DNA of 64,000 bases. Source: an uncultured candidate division Zixibacteria bacterium. GTDB lineage: Bacteria > Zixibacteria > MSB-5A5 > UBA10806 > 4484-95. The DNA lies in contig CAXXKA010000008.1 in NCBI GenBank assembly GCA_963668625.2, positions 256,001 to 320,000 on the forward strand. Reading direction: 5' to 3'. Of the stretch, positions 1 through 9,971 are shown one piece after another (position 1 is the stretch's first letter; each line of letters begins with the position of its first letter). The notes beneath the pieces are model-generated. The model ran no database searches. It saw only the letters and a list, made by a program, of their open reading frames with translations, and was not told the origin of the DNA. A program made the translations under genes and the position numbers.

Positions 1-1110
1 AGCCCAAATAACATAAGAAACCCCGTTCATGTAAGCTACCTTCGGCTCAAAGATTTCATTAGAATAATTATTTAGCCGGATTTCATCTGACCAGGATTCG
101 CCGTTATCTACACTGTGTAAAAAACCAACATCTTTTATTATTAATGAGCCATAGCGCCTGACAACATTTATCGTATCAAAATACCAAAATACATCATTGT
201 CACTGGATGCATCATCATAAGTTAGTTCCTGTTCATCGTTCCAGCTTTCGCCATAATCATTACTTGTTCTAATGGAAATATCCCCGTAAAATATATCCGA
301 TGAATACTTATAATCAACCCAGCAAACAGCGATATCACCCCGTTCATTGATTGTAAGGCTGGGCCAACGAGAAAATTCATCATCCAATGCACTTAAAGCG
401 ATATTACTGCTCCAGGTAAAACCATTATCGATGCTTCTCGTATAATACACTTCTTCGCTAATCTGTTCAATCAACCTGCCGTACCAAACAAAATGAATAG
501 TATTGCCATATGCCTGCATTGCAGCACTACTTATTCCTGTAACTATATCGGTAAACATAATTTCAGGTTCCGACCAATTACTTAAAGACCAATCGCTCTT
601 AATAATATAACAGGATATTTGATTATCTATTTCGCCAAAAAAGATTATATTTATTAATGAATCGTTTGCCGACACGGCTACCTTTGAAAAATTTCGCCAG
701 TTAGGAAATAAAGCATATGACGGCTCCGACCAGGATGTTCCCCTATCGTAAGAAACGGAATAGCCAATATTGGCATAATAATATCCAGTGTTGAAAAGGT
801 TCCTCCAAAAAGCGATAAGTAATGAATCGTTTGCGATTATTTGTGGGCTTGTAGTCCCATTTGTAACAGCGGTATCCGAGATTATCTGCGAAGCCGTCCA
901 ATAATCGCCTTTCTCGGTACCTCTTATATAGCGAATTTTATCGCCATCGGTTATATCACTGTAGATGACGTGAAGAGTGTCGTTTACTATAATAAGTTGA
1001 GTGTCATAACTGCTTGCCGACTCCGATATTCGAACTTCAGGAAGCCATTCAGCATAGCTAATAGAATAGAATATTAAAGCAATTTGAATTACAAATTTAA
1101 TCCTTTTCAA
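1..1110 (-). CDS. Secreted BNR/Asp-box repeat (sialidase-like beta-propeller) protein, 3' end beyond the window edge
   Basis: Not in ORF track. TTG at 1110 after SD AGGAG. Reads MKRIKFVIQIALIFYSISYA-EWLPEVRISE (signal peptide) and has Asp-box motifs such as SVDNGESW near the window edge, in the same frame. Confidence 0.8.
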   Translation of the reverse strand, partial: MKRIKFVIQIALIFYSISYAEWLPEVRISESASSYDTQLIIVNDTLHVIYSDITDGDKIRYIRGTEKGDYWTASQIISDTAVTNGTTSPQIIANDSLLIAFWRNLFNTGYYYANIGYSVSYDRGTSWSEPSYALFPNWRNFSKVAVSANDSLINIIFFGEIDNQISCYIIKSDWSLSNWSEPEIMFTDIVTGISSAAMQAYGNTIHFVWYGRLIEQISEEVYYTRSIDNGFTWSSNIALSALDDEFSRWPSLTINERGDIAVCWVDYKYSSDIFYGDISIRTSNDYGESWNDEQELTYDDASSDNDVFWYFDTINVVRRYGSLIIKDVGFLHSVDNGESWSDEIRLNNYSNEIFEPKVAYMNGVSYVIWA

Positions 1111-1947
1111 ATATCACTTCTCCTGCTTGATATACCAAAAGCACAATAAATATAATACCAGGTCTAGAAAACACAAGTTATAATAATATTAGAATAATAA
1201 GCAAAGTAACCTTTCAGAACTACCGCTCTAAAAGGCATCTAAGTTAACAGAGCACGGATCCACGTCAACAATACGATAACAACAGCACTTGTTTTGTAGC
1301 GTTTTCGAGTACTTAAATGAGAATTTCATGTTTGGTATTTCTAAGCTAAGATTTATTATGACTATTTGTGATTAATTAGTGGCATATTATTGACATATTT
1401 TAAATTTTATAGACTTAACTTGGCGTATAACTTGTTGATATCCAACAAGAAACAGAGGTGGTCGCAGATCTGGCTATAGGCTTGATAAGCGGGGGCTATT
1501 GATGAAATTGCTAATTTTAGAAGCTAAGTCTTAACTATTAGCGTTATTGGTTTTACGAGTCAATCCCAAAGTTAGTTGAAATTTGATTTATTTGATATCA
1601 GCTCACTTTTCTGCTCAGGCAGCTATTATCTCCTTTCTGCCGGTTATAGGAATTATCACCTGTAATGCTGCCCGTAAAGTCTTCAGTTTTAGTGATGGCG
1701 TAAAATCAACGCCCCGGAAATGGTAAAAGATGTGATTGCTGGAGTTAAATTTGAAAATGGAATTAGAATCAAATCAAAAAACAAAGAAAGGCCGCTGCTT
1801 GATAAATAAATTTACACAACTATTAACAATGACTCGCTAATAGCCGTTTAGAGTCTTCATATATTACCTGGCACTACTATATTACGACACTAATGAACTG
1901 CCTTCAAATGAATTTCAAATATATGAGAAATCGCTGAAAACTTATGA

Positions 1948-2055
1948 TTATTTATCCTTCTTTTCTTCCTTTAATTTTCGTTTTTCCTTGGGAGTGTGTT
2001 TGGGTTTTTTCTTTTGCTCTTTATTTCCTTTATCTCTTTTCCCTTTTTCTGCCAT
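1948..2055 (-). CDS. Small lysine-rich protein, 35 aa (MAEKGKRDKGNKEQKKKPKHTPKEKRKLKEEKKDK)
   Basis: SD AGGAGAGG before ATG at 2055, TAA at 1948-1950, 15 Lys and 2 Arg, upstream sigma70-like promoter. Below the ORF-track length cutoff. Confidence 0.8.
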   Translation of the reverse strand: MAEKGKRDKGNKEQKKKPKHTPKEKRKLKEEKKDK

Positions 2056-2155
2056 TTTATCCTCTCCTTGCTTGCGACTTACTCGTACTATTCAAGCTAT
2101 CCTCGACACTTAAAAAGCTGACGCTACGCGGATAACATAAATTTGCCATATTACC

Positions 2156-2184
2156 ATTGTACATTTTGAAGCAATAAATGACAA
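2156..2184 (-). promoter_or_regulatory. sigma70-like promoter for the small basic protein locus
   Basis: TTGTCA-N17-TACAAT on the minus strand. Confidence 0.6.
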
Positions 2185-2271
2185 GTTGAATTTGTATATA
2201 TTGACACTGATACACGGTGTTTTACGGTGAATCGTATAATTTCGCCGGGAATCGTTGACTAAAATTATTTT

Positions 2272-2461
2272 ACGATATGATCATTTGGCAAGCGTGTCAG
2301 ATGTCGTTTCGCTTTAATCCAGACACATCCCGGTGATGTCAGGTGTAACTATATTAATGTAGCTAATCCCAGCCCGGTAGCTGAGGATGGAAAATACGAC
2401 ACCCTGAGGCGCACCTAAACCATAGACCTGACACTAGTAATATAATGAAAGTAATTATCGT
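2272..2461. ncRNA. Candidate structured RNA or palindrome cluster (unassigned)
   Basis: GTGTCAG(2294)/CTGACAC(2434), TCAGGTGT/ACACCCTGA, two hairpins with CCGGT loops, outer ACGATA/TATCGT pairing. GC-richer than flanks; no ORF. Confidence 0.3.
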
Positions 2462-2698
2462 CGCTACCCCCCCGCTAACCGCTGCAAACAGCTACAAATA
2501 GATTCATGAATAAAAAAATCAGTCTATTGGGGAACCAAATAAAACTCAGAAAGGTTATGAGACAAGAATTGACAGATAAGTTGATAATACAACCGGAAAT
2601 TATCCGAAAATAAAAGAGAAAATGAACACCGAACCTAAACCCAGTCAATTTATTATTACTTGCATAATTTTCTATTATAAGATATAAGTAAACCATAA

Positions 2699-2726
2699 TT
2701 GACAGGTGATTCCGGTTCGGTAAAAT
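2699..2726 (+). promoter_or_regulatory. sigma70-like promoter of the ACIII-oxidase operon
   Basis: TTGACA-N16-TAAAAT, ending 23 nt before the ATG at 2750. Confidence 0.55.
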
Positions 2727-2749
2727 ATTTAAAACTTATTAAGCAAGAA

Positions 2750-3610
2750 ATGAACGCTTTAATTTTAAATCTGGTACAGCTTACCAAGCCCTCGATAATG
2801 CTTCTGATTTTAGCAGCAGGTATTACCTCATTATTTATTGAGGGCAATATGATATCAGATCCAGCGAAAGTGGCCGTTTTTCTGCTTGCCTTGTTTTTAA
2901 CCGGGGGCAGCGCTAACGCCCTGAATCAGTATTTCGAGAGGGATATTGATGCCAAGATGGTGCGAACCTCCGGACGCAGGCCGTTGCCGCTCAAAAAGTT
3001 ATCTAATATGCAAGCCCTGGTTTTCTCGGTCTCGATCGGTGTGCTTGGGGTCTTGATGCTCGGCTTTGCTTTCAACTGGCTGACCGCGTTCCTGTCGGTT
3101 TCGACCATATTATTTTATGGCCTGTTTTACACCTTGTGGTTAAAGCCCAGTACCAGCATGAATATCGTTATTGGCGGTATTGCCGGCGCGATGGCCCCCG
3201 TGGGAGCCTGGACCGCGGCAACCGGTAAGATGGCATTAATGCCGTGGCTGTTATTCCTTATCATATTTTTCTGGACACCGCCACACTTCTGGTCGCTGGC
3301 GCTGTGTTTCAAGGATGATTACCGTAAAGCGAAGCTGCCGATGCTGCCTGTCGTAAGAGGCGATGATTCGACGCTCACACAGATATACTATTATACTTTA
3401 GCCCTGGTAGCAATTAGCCTGACACCTCTATTCGTTGATTTTGGCTGGTTGTATTTCGTTTCGGCCTCGGCGTTGGGAGTGGTTTTTATAAGGAAAGCAT
3501 ATCTTGCCAGGAAGACGAAAAGCAAAGACCTTGCCTGGGGTTTGTTCAGGTATTCGATCATATACTTGTTCTCATTGTTCATAGTGCTGATAATTGAAAC
3601 TTTTGTTTAA
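2750..3610 (+). CDS. ctaB: Protoheme IX farnesyltransferase (heme o synthase)
   Basis: LTKP, ALNQYFERDIDAKMVRT..RPLP and FFWTPPHFWSLA motifs. Start moved to ATG 2750 because the TTG at 2699 is the -35 box. Confidence 0.95.
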   Translation: MNALILNLVQLTKPSIMLLILAAGITSLFIEGNMISDPAKVAVFLLALFLTGGSANALNQYFERDIDAKMVRTSGRRPLPLKKLSNMQALVFSVSIGVLGVLMLGFAFNWLTAFLSVSTILFYGLFYTLWLKPSTSMNIVIGGIAGAMAPVGAWTAATGKMALMPWLLFLIIFFWTPPHFWSLALCFKDDYRKAKLPMLPVVRGDDSTLTQIYYYTLALVAISLTPLFVDFGWLYFVSASALGVVFIRKAYLARKTKSKDLAWGLFRYSIIYLFSLFIVLIIETFV

Positions 3611-3634
3611 GAATTATGCAAAAGGGGAATCCGA

Positions 3635-4282
3635 TTGGCTCAGTTATTTCCTAAATGGACGAATAAAATTCCGACTTATGTGGCCGTTGGCTCTGTTTCA
3701 GTGACCGTTTTCGTAATCGCTTTCATATGGTACTATTTTTCGCCCTGGTACACGGATGTCGGCTATCAACCGAAACAACCTGTCCCTTTCAGCCATAAAC
3801 TTCATGCTGATGATTTAGGTCTGGATTGCCGGTACTGTCACAATTTCGTGGAGGTTTCCGCGCACGCCAATGTGCCGCCGACCCAGACATGCATGAATTG
3901 CCATAAGCTGATACTACCCGAAAGCGAGAAATTACTGCCGATACGGGAAAGCTGGAGCAAGAAAATTCCGATGGAGTGGATTCGTATACATAAAGTGCCA
4001 GACTACGCTTATTTCAATCATAGCGCGCATTTGAATGCCGGGATTGGCTGTGCGAGCTGCCATGGCAATATCGCCCGGATGGAGGTGGTTACGCAACAGA
4101 AACCACTTTCGATGGGCTGGTGTCTGGATTGCCATCGCGACCCGAGAATGCACATCCGGCCCCGATCGGAGCTGACTAATATGCAGTGGCTGCCGCCGGA
4201 GAATCAGCTCGAATTCGCCGAAAAGCAGATGAAAGAAAAAAATATCAATCCCACGATACAATGTTCAGGATGTCATCGATGA
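3635..4282 (+). CDS. actA: Alternative complex III pentaheme cytochrome c subunit
   Basis: N-terminal TM helix, QPVPFSHKLH, five CxxCH motifs (CRYCH, CMNCH, CASCH, CLDCH, CSGCH). Confidence 0.93.
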   Translation: MAQLFPKWTNKIPTYVAVGSVSVTVFVIAFIWYYFSPWYTDVGYQPKQPVPFSHKLHADDLGLDCRYCHNFVEVSAHANVPPTQTCMNCHKLILPESEKLLPIRESWSKKIPMEWIRIHKVPDYAYFNHSAHLNAGIGCASCHGNIARMEVVTQQKPLSMGWCLDCHRDPRMHIRPRSELTNMQWLPPENQLEFAEKQMKEKNINPTIQCSGCHR

Positions 4283-7254
4283 GTAAAGATAATAATAATA
4301 CGGGGAGAAAATACTGGCTAAGCCTGGAGCAGTTCAAGGATTCGCGCGAATATCGTAAAACGCTCTTGAAACGCTACCACGAAAATAACGAGGAAATGCC
4401 CAGCCAGATGAGCCGCCGCAATTTCTTGACCTTAATGGGCGCCTCTATGGCAATGGCCTCGTTGGCGGGATGCCGCCGGCCGGTCGAGAAGATAATACCA
4501 TACGTGGTGCAGCCCGAGGAGGTTGTTCCGGGTGTGCCGACATATTACGCCACCTCGATGCCTTTCGGCAATTCGGCGTTCGGGCTTATCGTGGAAACGC
4601 ACGAGGGCAGGCCCACCAAAATCGAGGGTAACCCCGATCACGACTCTACGATGGGAACCTCAAACTCACTGATACAGGCTTCGATACTCGGTTTATACGA
4701 TCCGGACCGCGCGAAAATTGTCAGGCACGATCAAACCGATGATAATTACGATAATTTCGTTACATTCTGGCGAGGTCAAATAGATAAATACAAATCGAAT
4801 AAAGGTAAGGGGTTGGCTTTTCTTTCCGAGCAATTCAGCTCGCCCACCCTGTCTTATCATAAAAAGGAAATTAAAAAAGCTTATCCGGATGCCAGGTGGG
4901 TATCTTGGGAACCCGTTAGTGATGAGAATATTTTCAGGGCGATAGAAAATTTAACCGGCAAGCAACTCAGGCCCGATTTCAAAACCGGTTCCGCGGATGT
5001 CATCCTGTCGCTCGATTCCGATTTTCTGCACTCCGAGAGCGAAAATATAAAGGCAGCGCGAGGCTTTGCCGATGGCCGTCGCATGAAAAGCGGTAAAGAT
5101 AAAATGAACCGCCTTTATGTAGTAGAGAACGCATTTTCGATAACCGGCGGCATGGCCGACCATCGCCTGAGAAAAAGAAGCGGCGAGATCGGCGAGTTCA
5201 CGCTGGCCCTGGCCGAGCAACTCAAACGACAGGGACTCGGCCTCCCCGATCTGCCTGAAAATAATAATCCCGATAAGGATGATAAATGGCTCGAGGCCCT
5301 GGCTAAAGATTTGATTTCCGCTAAAGGTAAAAGCCTGGTGGTTGCGGGTAGACGTCAACCGGTATGGGTGCACGAACTCGTGTTCGTGATAAACGAAGCT
5401 CTGGGGAATTTCGGAAGAACTATCGTTTTCCATAAAATAGATGATTCGGTTTTATCAAGCACGAACGACATGCGCGAACTCGCCAGGGCCATGCATGACG
5501 GCAAAGTCGGTACGCTGGTTATACTGGGTGGTAATCCGGTTTATGATGCCCCGGTTGATATAGAGTTCGAGAAGGCGCTCGGTAGGGTCGAGAACACGGT
5601 TCATTTCAGTGGCTATCTCGATGAGACCTCCAGACTGGTTGGCTGGCATATCCCTAAAGCGCATTATCTCGAAAGCTGGGGGGATGTTCGCTCGGATGAC
5701 GGTACTACCGGCGTAATTCAGCCGATGATCGAACCGTTGTTCGGTGGTAAGGCCGATGCCGAGTTTTACGCTTTGCTCTCCACCGGTCGCGATAAGCGCG
5801 GTTACGAAATAGTGCGCGAAACCTGGAAGAAAATGCTGTCAGGCGGCGATTTCGAGAAGAAGTGGCGACGGATTCTTCACGATGGCTTGCATAAAAATTC
5901 GACCTCGCCTGAGGTAAATGCTAAAATCAATAAAAATAGAATAAGAAAAGATACTTATAATGCTGAAAGTAAACCTGCCTCAATCGATAATCTCGAGGTG
6001 AATTTCTATCCCTCGCAGGTTTATGACGGCAGATTCGCCAATAACGGTTGGCTTCAGGAACTGCCCGATCCCGTGAGCAAAATATCCTGGGATAACGCGG
6101 CCCTGATAAATCCCAGGACTGCGAAAGAACTGGGGCTTTCCAACGCCGACATGATAGATCTCGAATTCGACGGCCGGAAATTAAACCTGCCGATCTGGAT
6201 CGTGCCCGGGCAGGCGAATTACACGGTTGGTTTGTATATGGGGTATGGCCGTGAGCGGGCGGGCAATGTCGGTAATAAGGTAGGATTCGATACGTATAGG
6301 ATTCGAACCTCCGGCTCGGATTATTTCGGTTCGGGCGCGAAAGCTATCGGCACCGGCGTGAAATACAAGATAGCCAATACGCAGGATCATAACAGCATGG
6401 AGGGACGCCCACTCATCCGCGAGGCGACGCTCGAGGAATATCGTGTTAATCCCGAGTTCGCCGAGGAGATGGTCGAGCATCCCCCGTTGAAATCGATCTA
6501 TGCCGACCACGACTACAGCAAAGGATATCAATGGGGTATGGTGATCGATTTGAATACCTGTATCGGCTGTAACGCTTGCACTATCGCCTGCCAGAGCGAG
6601 AACAATATCCCGATCGTTGGCAAAGAGCAAGTTGCTAACGGCCGCGAGATGCATTGGATTCGTAACGACAGATATTACTCGGGTGATGTCGACGAGCCGG
6701 AGATGGTCCACATGCCGGTTGCCTGTCAGCATTGCGAGAACGCTCCTTGCGAATCGGTTTGCCCGGTAGCGGCAACGTCTCACGATAAAGAGGGGCTTAA
6801 CGTGATGACCTACAACCGATGCATAGGAACTCGCTACTGTTCCAATAACTGCCCGTACAAAGTCAGGCGATTCAATTTCTTCAATTACACGAAAGATAAA
6901 AACGAAGTAGAGAAGATGAGCCAGAACCCGGATGTCACGGTCAGGTCGCGCGGTGTGATGGAGAAATGCACGTTCTGTATACAGCGAATAAATCGCGCCA
7001 AACAGAAAGCTAAAACCGAGGGCCGTCAGGTGGCTGATAACGAATTCCAGACAGCCTGTCAGCAGGCCTGCCCGACCCAGGCTATACAATTCGGGAATAT
7101 CAACAATCCCGAAAGCGAAGTATCGAAACAGAAACGTATCGACCGCAATTACGAACTCCTGGGCGAGTTGAACGTTCGTCCGCGTAATTCGTATCTGGCG
7201 AAAATCAGGAACCCGAATCCGGAATTGATAGATTATAAGACGATGGAAAGTTAA
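4279..7254 (+). CDS. actB: Alternative complex III subunit B (TAT-exported molybdopterin-oxidoreductase-like domain fused to Fe-S domain)
   Basis: ATGA overlap with the actA stop, KYWLSLE, Tat motif SRRNFL, lipobox-like LAGC, GRPTKIEGNPDH, C-terminal Fe-S motifs CIGCNACTIAC, CQHCENAPC, CIGTRYCSNNCP, CTFC. Confidence 0.93.
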   Translation: MSKDNNNTGRKYWLSLEQFKDSREYRKTLLKRYHENNEEMPSQMSRRNFLTLMGASMAMASLAGCRRPVEKIIPYVVQPEEVVPGVPTYYATSMPFGNSAFGLIVETHEGRPTKIEGNPDHDSTMGTSNSLIQASILGLYDPDRAKIVRHDQTDDNYDNFVTFWRGQIDKYKSNKGKGLAFLSEQFSSPTLSYHKKEIKKAYPDARWVSWEPVSDENIFRAIENLTGKQLRPDFKTGSADVILSLDSDFLHSESENIKAARGFADGRRMKSGKDKMNRLYVVENAFSITGGMADHRLRKRSGEIGEFTLALAEQLKRQGLGLPDLPENNNPDKDDKWLEALAKDLISAKGKSLVVAGRRQPVWVHELVFVINEALGNFGRTIVFHKIDDSVLSSTNDMRELARAMHDGKVGTLVILGGNPVYDAPVDIEFEKALGRVENTVHFSGYLDETSRLVGWHIPKAHYLESWGDVRSDDGTTGVIQPMIEPLFGGKADAEFYALLSTGRDKRGYEIVRETWKKMLSGGDFEKKWRRILHDGLHKNSTSPEVNAKINKNRIRKDTYNAESKPASIDNLEVNFYPSQVYDGRFANNGWLQELPDPVSKISWDNAALINPRTAKELGLSNADMIDLEFDGRKLNLPIWIVPGQANYTVGLYMGYGRERAGNVGNKVGFDTYRIRTSGSDYFGSGAKAIGTGVKYKIANTQDHNSMEGRPLIREATLEEYRVNPEFAEEMVEHPPLKSIYADHDYSKGYQWGMVIDLNTCIGCNACTIACQSENNIPIVGKEQVANGREMHWIRNDRYYSGDVDEPEMVHMPVACQHCENAPCESVCPVAATSHDKEGLNVMTYNRCIGTRYCSNNCPYKVRRFNFFNYTKDKNEVEKMSQNPDVTVRSRGVMEKCTFCIQRINRAKQKAKTEGRQVADNEFQTACQQACPTQAIQFGNINNPESEVSKQKRIDRNYELLGELNVRPRNSYLAKIRNPNPELIDYKTMES

Positions 7255-7258
7255 TGAT

Positions 7259-7376
7259 GGAATTGCTGATAAGAATGTTTGCATATATCGCCGGAAATCC
7301 TTTCCCGGCAAAATACCGTTTGATAAAAGTGGCAGGTAAAGATTCCTACCACCTCAGGCATTTTTTCAACGATTCC
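7259..7376. mobile_element. MITE-like dispersed repeat, copy 1 (between actB and actC)
   Basis: Imperfect terminal IRs GGAATTGCTGATAA / TTTTTTCAACGATTCC. Internal ATCCTTTCCCGGCAAAATAC and GTGGCAGG..GATTCCTACCAC are shared with 37068-37201 and 43353-43489. Confidence 0.55.
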
Positions 7377-7401
7377 GATAAAATTTCACGATCGAGATAA
7401 C

Positions 7402-8793
7402 ATGAGCAGCCAATCTCAAAACATAGAAACAGCCGAGTCCCTGGACCCGCCGCTTCTTGGCGGCAAGCAAACATTCGCCGGCATTACCGATAAAATCAGC
7501 GGCATTACCGAACGTAAAACGCCGCCGGTGTGGTACCTGGCATTCGGCGCGGCTTTCTCGCTTCTGCTGGTACTGTTCGGCTCTATCGGCTACCTGGTAT
7601 GGGAGGGAGTCGGTATCTGGGGGTTGAACAATCCCGTAGGCTGGGGCTGGGCGATTATCAATTTCGTCTGGTGGGTCGGTATCGGCCACGCCGGTACGTT
7701 GATCTCGGCGGTACTGTTTCTTCTGAGACAGCGCTGGCGTACCTCGATAAACCGTTTTGCCGAGGCGATGACGTTATTCGCGGTCTCCTGCGCTTTGATT
7801 TTTCCGGCAATTCATGTCGGCAGGATCTGGATCGTATATTATATGTTCCCCCTGCCCAACCAGATGGGTATGTGGCCGAATTTCCGTTCGCCCCTTCTCT
7901 GGGACGTTTTCGCGGTAAGTACCTATTTCGCGGCCTCGCTATTGTTCTGGTTTACGGGCTTGATTCCCGACCTGGCGACAATGCGCGACCGGGCCGTATC
8001 CAAAACGAAAAAGATCATCCTGGGCATACTCGCTCTGGGCTGGCGCGGCGGCAACAGACAATGGCGGCACTACGAACTGGCTTATTTGATATTGGCCGGT
8101 ATCTCCACGCCGCTGGTGCTATCGGTTCATAGCGTGGTCAGTACCGACTTTGCCATAAGCATACTGCCGGGCTGGCACACTACGATATTCCCGCCCTATT
8201 TCGTGGCCGGTGCGATATTCTCCGGTTTCGCGATGGTAGTCACGCTTTCGATTATCGCCCGTAAGATTTATAAATTGGATGATATCATCACGGTAAGCCA
8301 TCTGGAGAAAATGAACAAGATCATGCTGGCAACCGGTATGATGGTTGGTTACGCTTACAGCATGGAATTTTTCATCGCCTGGTACAGCGGTAATATTTAC
8401 GAGCAATTCGCGTTTATCAACAGGGCGTTCGGAAATTACGCCTGGGCGTACTGGATCATGATATCGTGCAACGTACTGGTGCCGCAAATATTTTGGATAA
8501 AGAAATGGCGCAGGAGTATTAAGGTAATGTTTATCGCCAGCATACTGATAAATATCGGCATGTGGTTCGAGCGCTTCGTGATCGTGGTAACCTCCCTGTC
8601 GCGCGATTTTTTACCGGCCAACTGGGACTATTACAAACCGACTATATGGGATATCAGCACCTTCATCGGTTCGTTCGGATTGTTTTTCACGCTGTTCTTA
8701 CTGTTTATCAGGTTCCTGCCTATGGTTTCGATGTCGGAGATTAAAAGCGTATTGCCGGAAGCCGATCCTCATCACGCCGGAGGAGGTCATTAA
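7402..8793 (+). CDS. actC: Alternative complex III quinol-binding subunit C (NrfD/PsrC family)
   Basis: [56 protein letters not shown]. Confidence 0.95.
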   Translation: MSSQSQNIETAESLDPPLLGGKQTFAGITDKISGITERKTPPVWYLAFGAAFSLLLVLFGSIGYLVWEGVGIWGLNNPVGWGWAIINFVWWVGIGHAGTLISAVLFLLRQRWRTSINRFAEAMTLFAVSCALIFPAIHVGRIWIVYYMFPLPNQMGMWPNFRSPLLWDVFAVSTYFAASLLFWFTGLIPDLATMRDRAVSKTKKIILGILALGWRGGNRQWRHYELAYLILAGISTPLVLSVHSVVSTDFAISILPGWHTTIFPPYFVAGAIFSGFAMVVTLSIIARKIYKLDDIITVSHLEKMNKIMLATGMMVGYAYSMEFFIAWYSGNIYEQFAFINRAFGNYAWAYWIMISCNVLVPQIFWIKKWRRSIKVMFIASILINIGMWFERFVIVVTSLSRDFLPANWDYYKPTIWDISTFIGSFGLFFTLFLLFIRFLPMVSMSEIKSVLPEADPHHAGGGH

Positions 8794-9341
8794 TGCCTGA
8801 TGTCACTAATTCCAAAACACTGGGCATGCTCGGTCAATTCGATGGTACCGCTGAATTGATGAGGGCCGCGAAGAAGTTTCACGAGGCCGGTTATAAAAAG
8901 TACGACTGCCATTCACCGTTTCCGATTCACGGCATGGATCAGGCGATGGGTTTGAAACGTTCCCCGTTAGGCTGGATAGTCGGATTGGCGGCAATTATCG
9001 GCACTACTGGAGCGCTGGCGTTGCAGTGGTGGACCAGTACGATCGATTACCCGCTGGTTATTTCGGGCAAGCCGTTTTTCAGCTACCAGGCGTACACGCC
9101 GATTACTTTCGCGCTGGGCGTGCTGCTCTCGGCGGTCGCGGCGTTGGTAGGCATGCTGGCCTTGAACGGTCTGCCGAGGTTCAATCATCCCGTATTCAAC
9201 TCCGATCGGTTCGCCGAGGCCACCGACGACGGTTTCTTCATTACGGTGGAATCGGGTGATCCGTTATTCGATGCGAACGATACCAGATCGTTTTTCGAAT
9301 CACTGGGTGGAAAGAATATCGAAATTCTCGAGGAGCAATGA
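8793..9341 (+). CDS. actD: Alternative complex III subunit D (DUF3341)
   Basis: SPFPIHG motif, two TM helices, DYPLVISGKP, position in operon. Confidence 0.9.
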   Translation: MPDVTNSKTLGMLGQFDGTAELMRAAKKFHEAGYKKYDCHSPFPIHGMDQAMGLKRSPLGWIVGLAAIIGTTGALALQWWTSTIDYPLVISGKPFFSYQAYTPITFALGVLLSAVAALVGMLALNGLPRFNHPVFNSDRFAEATDDGFFITVESGDPLFDANDTRSFFESLGGKNIEILEEQ

Positions 9342-9970
9342 GAACAATTAAAGATCATAAACGATTGAAGCGAGCGTCCGTAATATTTCTCGTACTCACG
9401 CTAGCTATAGTGGCGGGCTGTACGAGGGAACAACCCTCGGATAAACCGCCGATACATCTGAACCCCAACATGGACAGCCAGCCGAAATACAAAGCTCAAT
9501 CGGAAAGCGAATTTTTCGAGGATCGCGCTACCATGCGCACCCCCGTTGCCGGAACGGTTGCCCGGGATGACCTTCGCGAAGATGACAGGTACTACAAAGG
9601 TAAGAATCCCGATGGCTCTTTCGTGAGTAAAGCGCCGGTTACCGTAAACAGCCAGCTACTCGACAGAGGCCGGGAGCGTTTCGATATTTATTGCTCACCG
9701 TGTCACAGCCGTGTCGGGGATGGCCGAGGTATCATGGTCGATCGCGGGTACGTACCGCCGCCGACTTTCCATTCCGAGAGAATCAGGGAGATGCCTGCCG
9801 GCGAGATATTCGGGGTAATCACCAACGGTATTCGCAATATGCCGAGCTACCGTCACCAGATACCCCCCGATGACCGTTGGGCGATTATCGCTTATTTGAG
9901 AGCCTTACAGAGAAGCCGTAACGCGACCATGGATGATATTCCTATCGAATTGAGGGAGACCGTAAAATAA
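9338..9970 (+). CDS. actE: Alternative complex III monoheme cytochrome c lipoprotein
   Basis: Lipobox VAGC, MDSQPKY, CSPCH, NMPSY, DRWAIIAYLRALQ. Confidence 0.9.
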   Translation: MRTIKDHKRLKRASVIFLVLTLAIVAGCTREQPSDKPPIHLNPNMDSQPKYKAQSESEFFEDRATMRTPVAGTVARDDLREDDRYYKGKNPDGSFVSKAPVTVNSQLLDRGRERFDIYCSPCHSRVGDGRGIMVDRGYVPPPTFHSERIREMPAGEIFGVITNGIRNMPSYRHQIPPDDRWAIIAYLRALQRSRNATMDDIPIELRETVK

Positions 9971-9971
9971 C

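Noticed and set aside
1944-2135. Plus-strand Phe/Leu-rich 63-aa ORF
   Set aside because: Antisense shadow of the Lys-rich microprotein, which has the SD and promoter.
2378-2435. TPP riboswitch (GCTGAG...ACCTGA look-alike)
   Set aside because: Lacks the CTGAGA and downstream TAATGC/GCGTAGGGA consensus and has no thiamine gene context.
4186-4278. N-terminal extension of ActB in the ORF track
   Set aside because: Overlaps actA by about 95 nt; the ATGA overlap at 4279 and the KYWLSL start motif fit better.
6181-7311. 376-aa minus-strand ORF and similar long antisense ORFs (e.g. 51906-52661, 7530-8132 alternate frame)
   Set aside because: They overlap well-supported genes and show no recognisable motifs; expected from codon bias.
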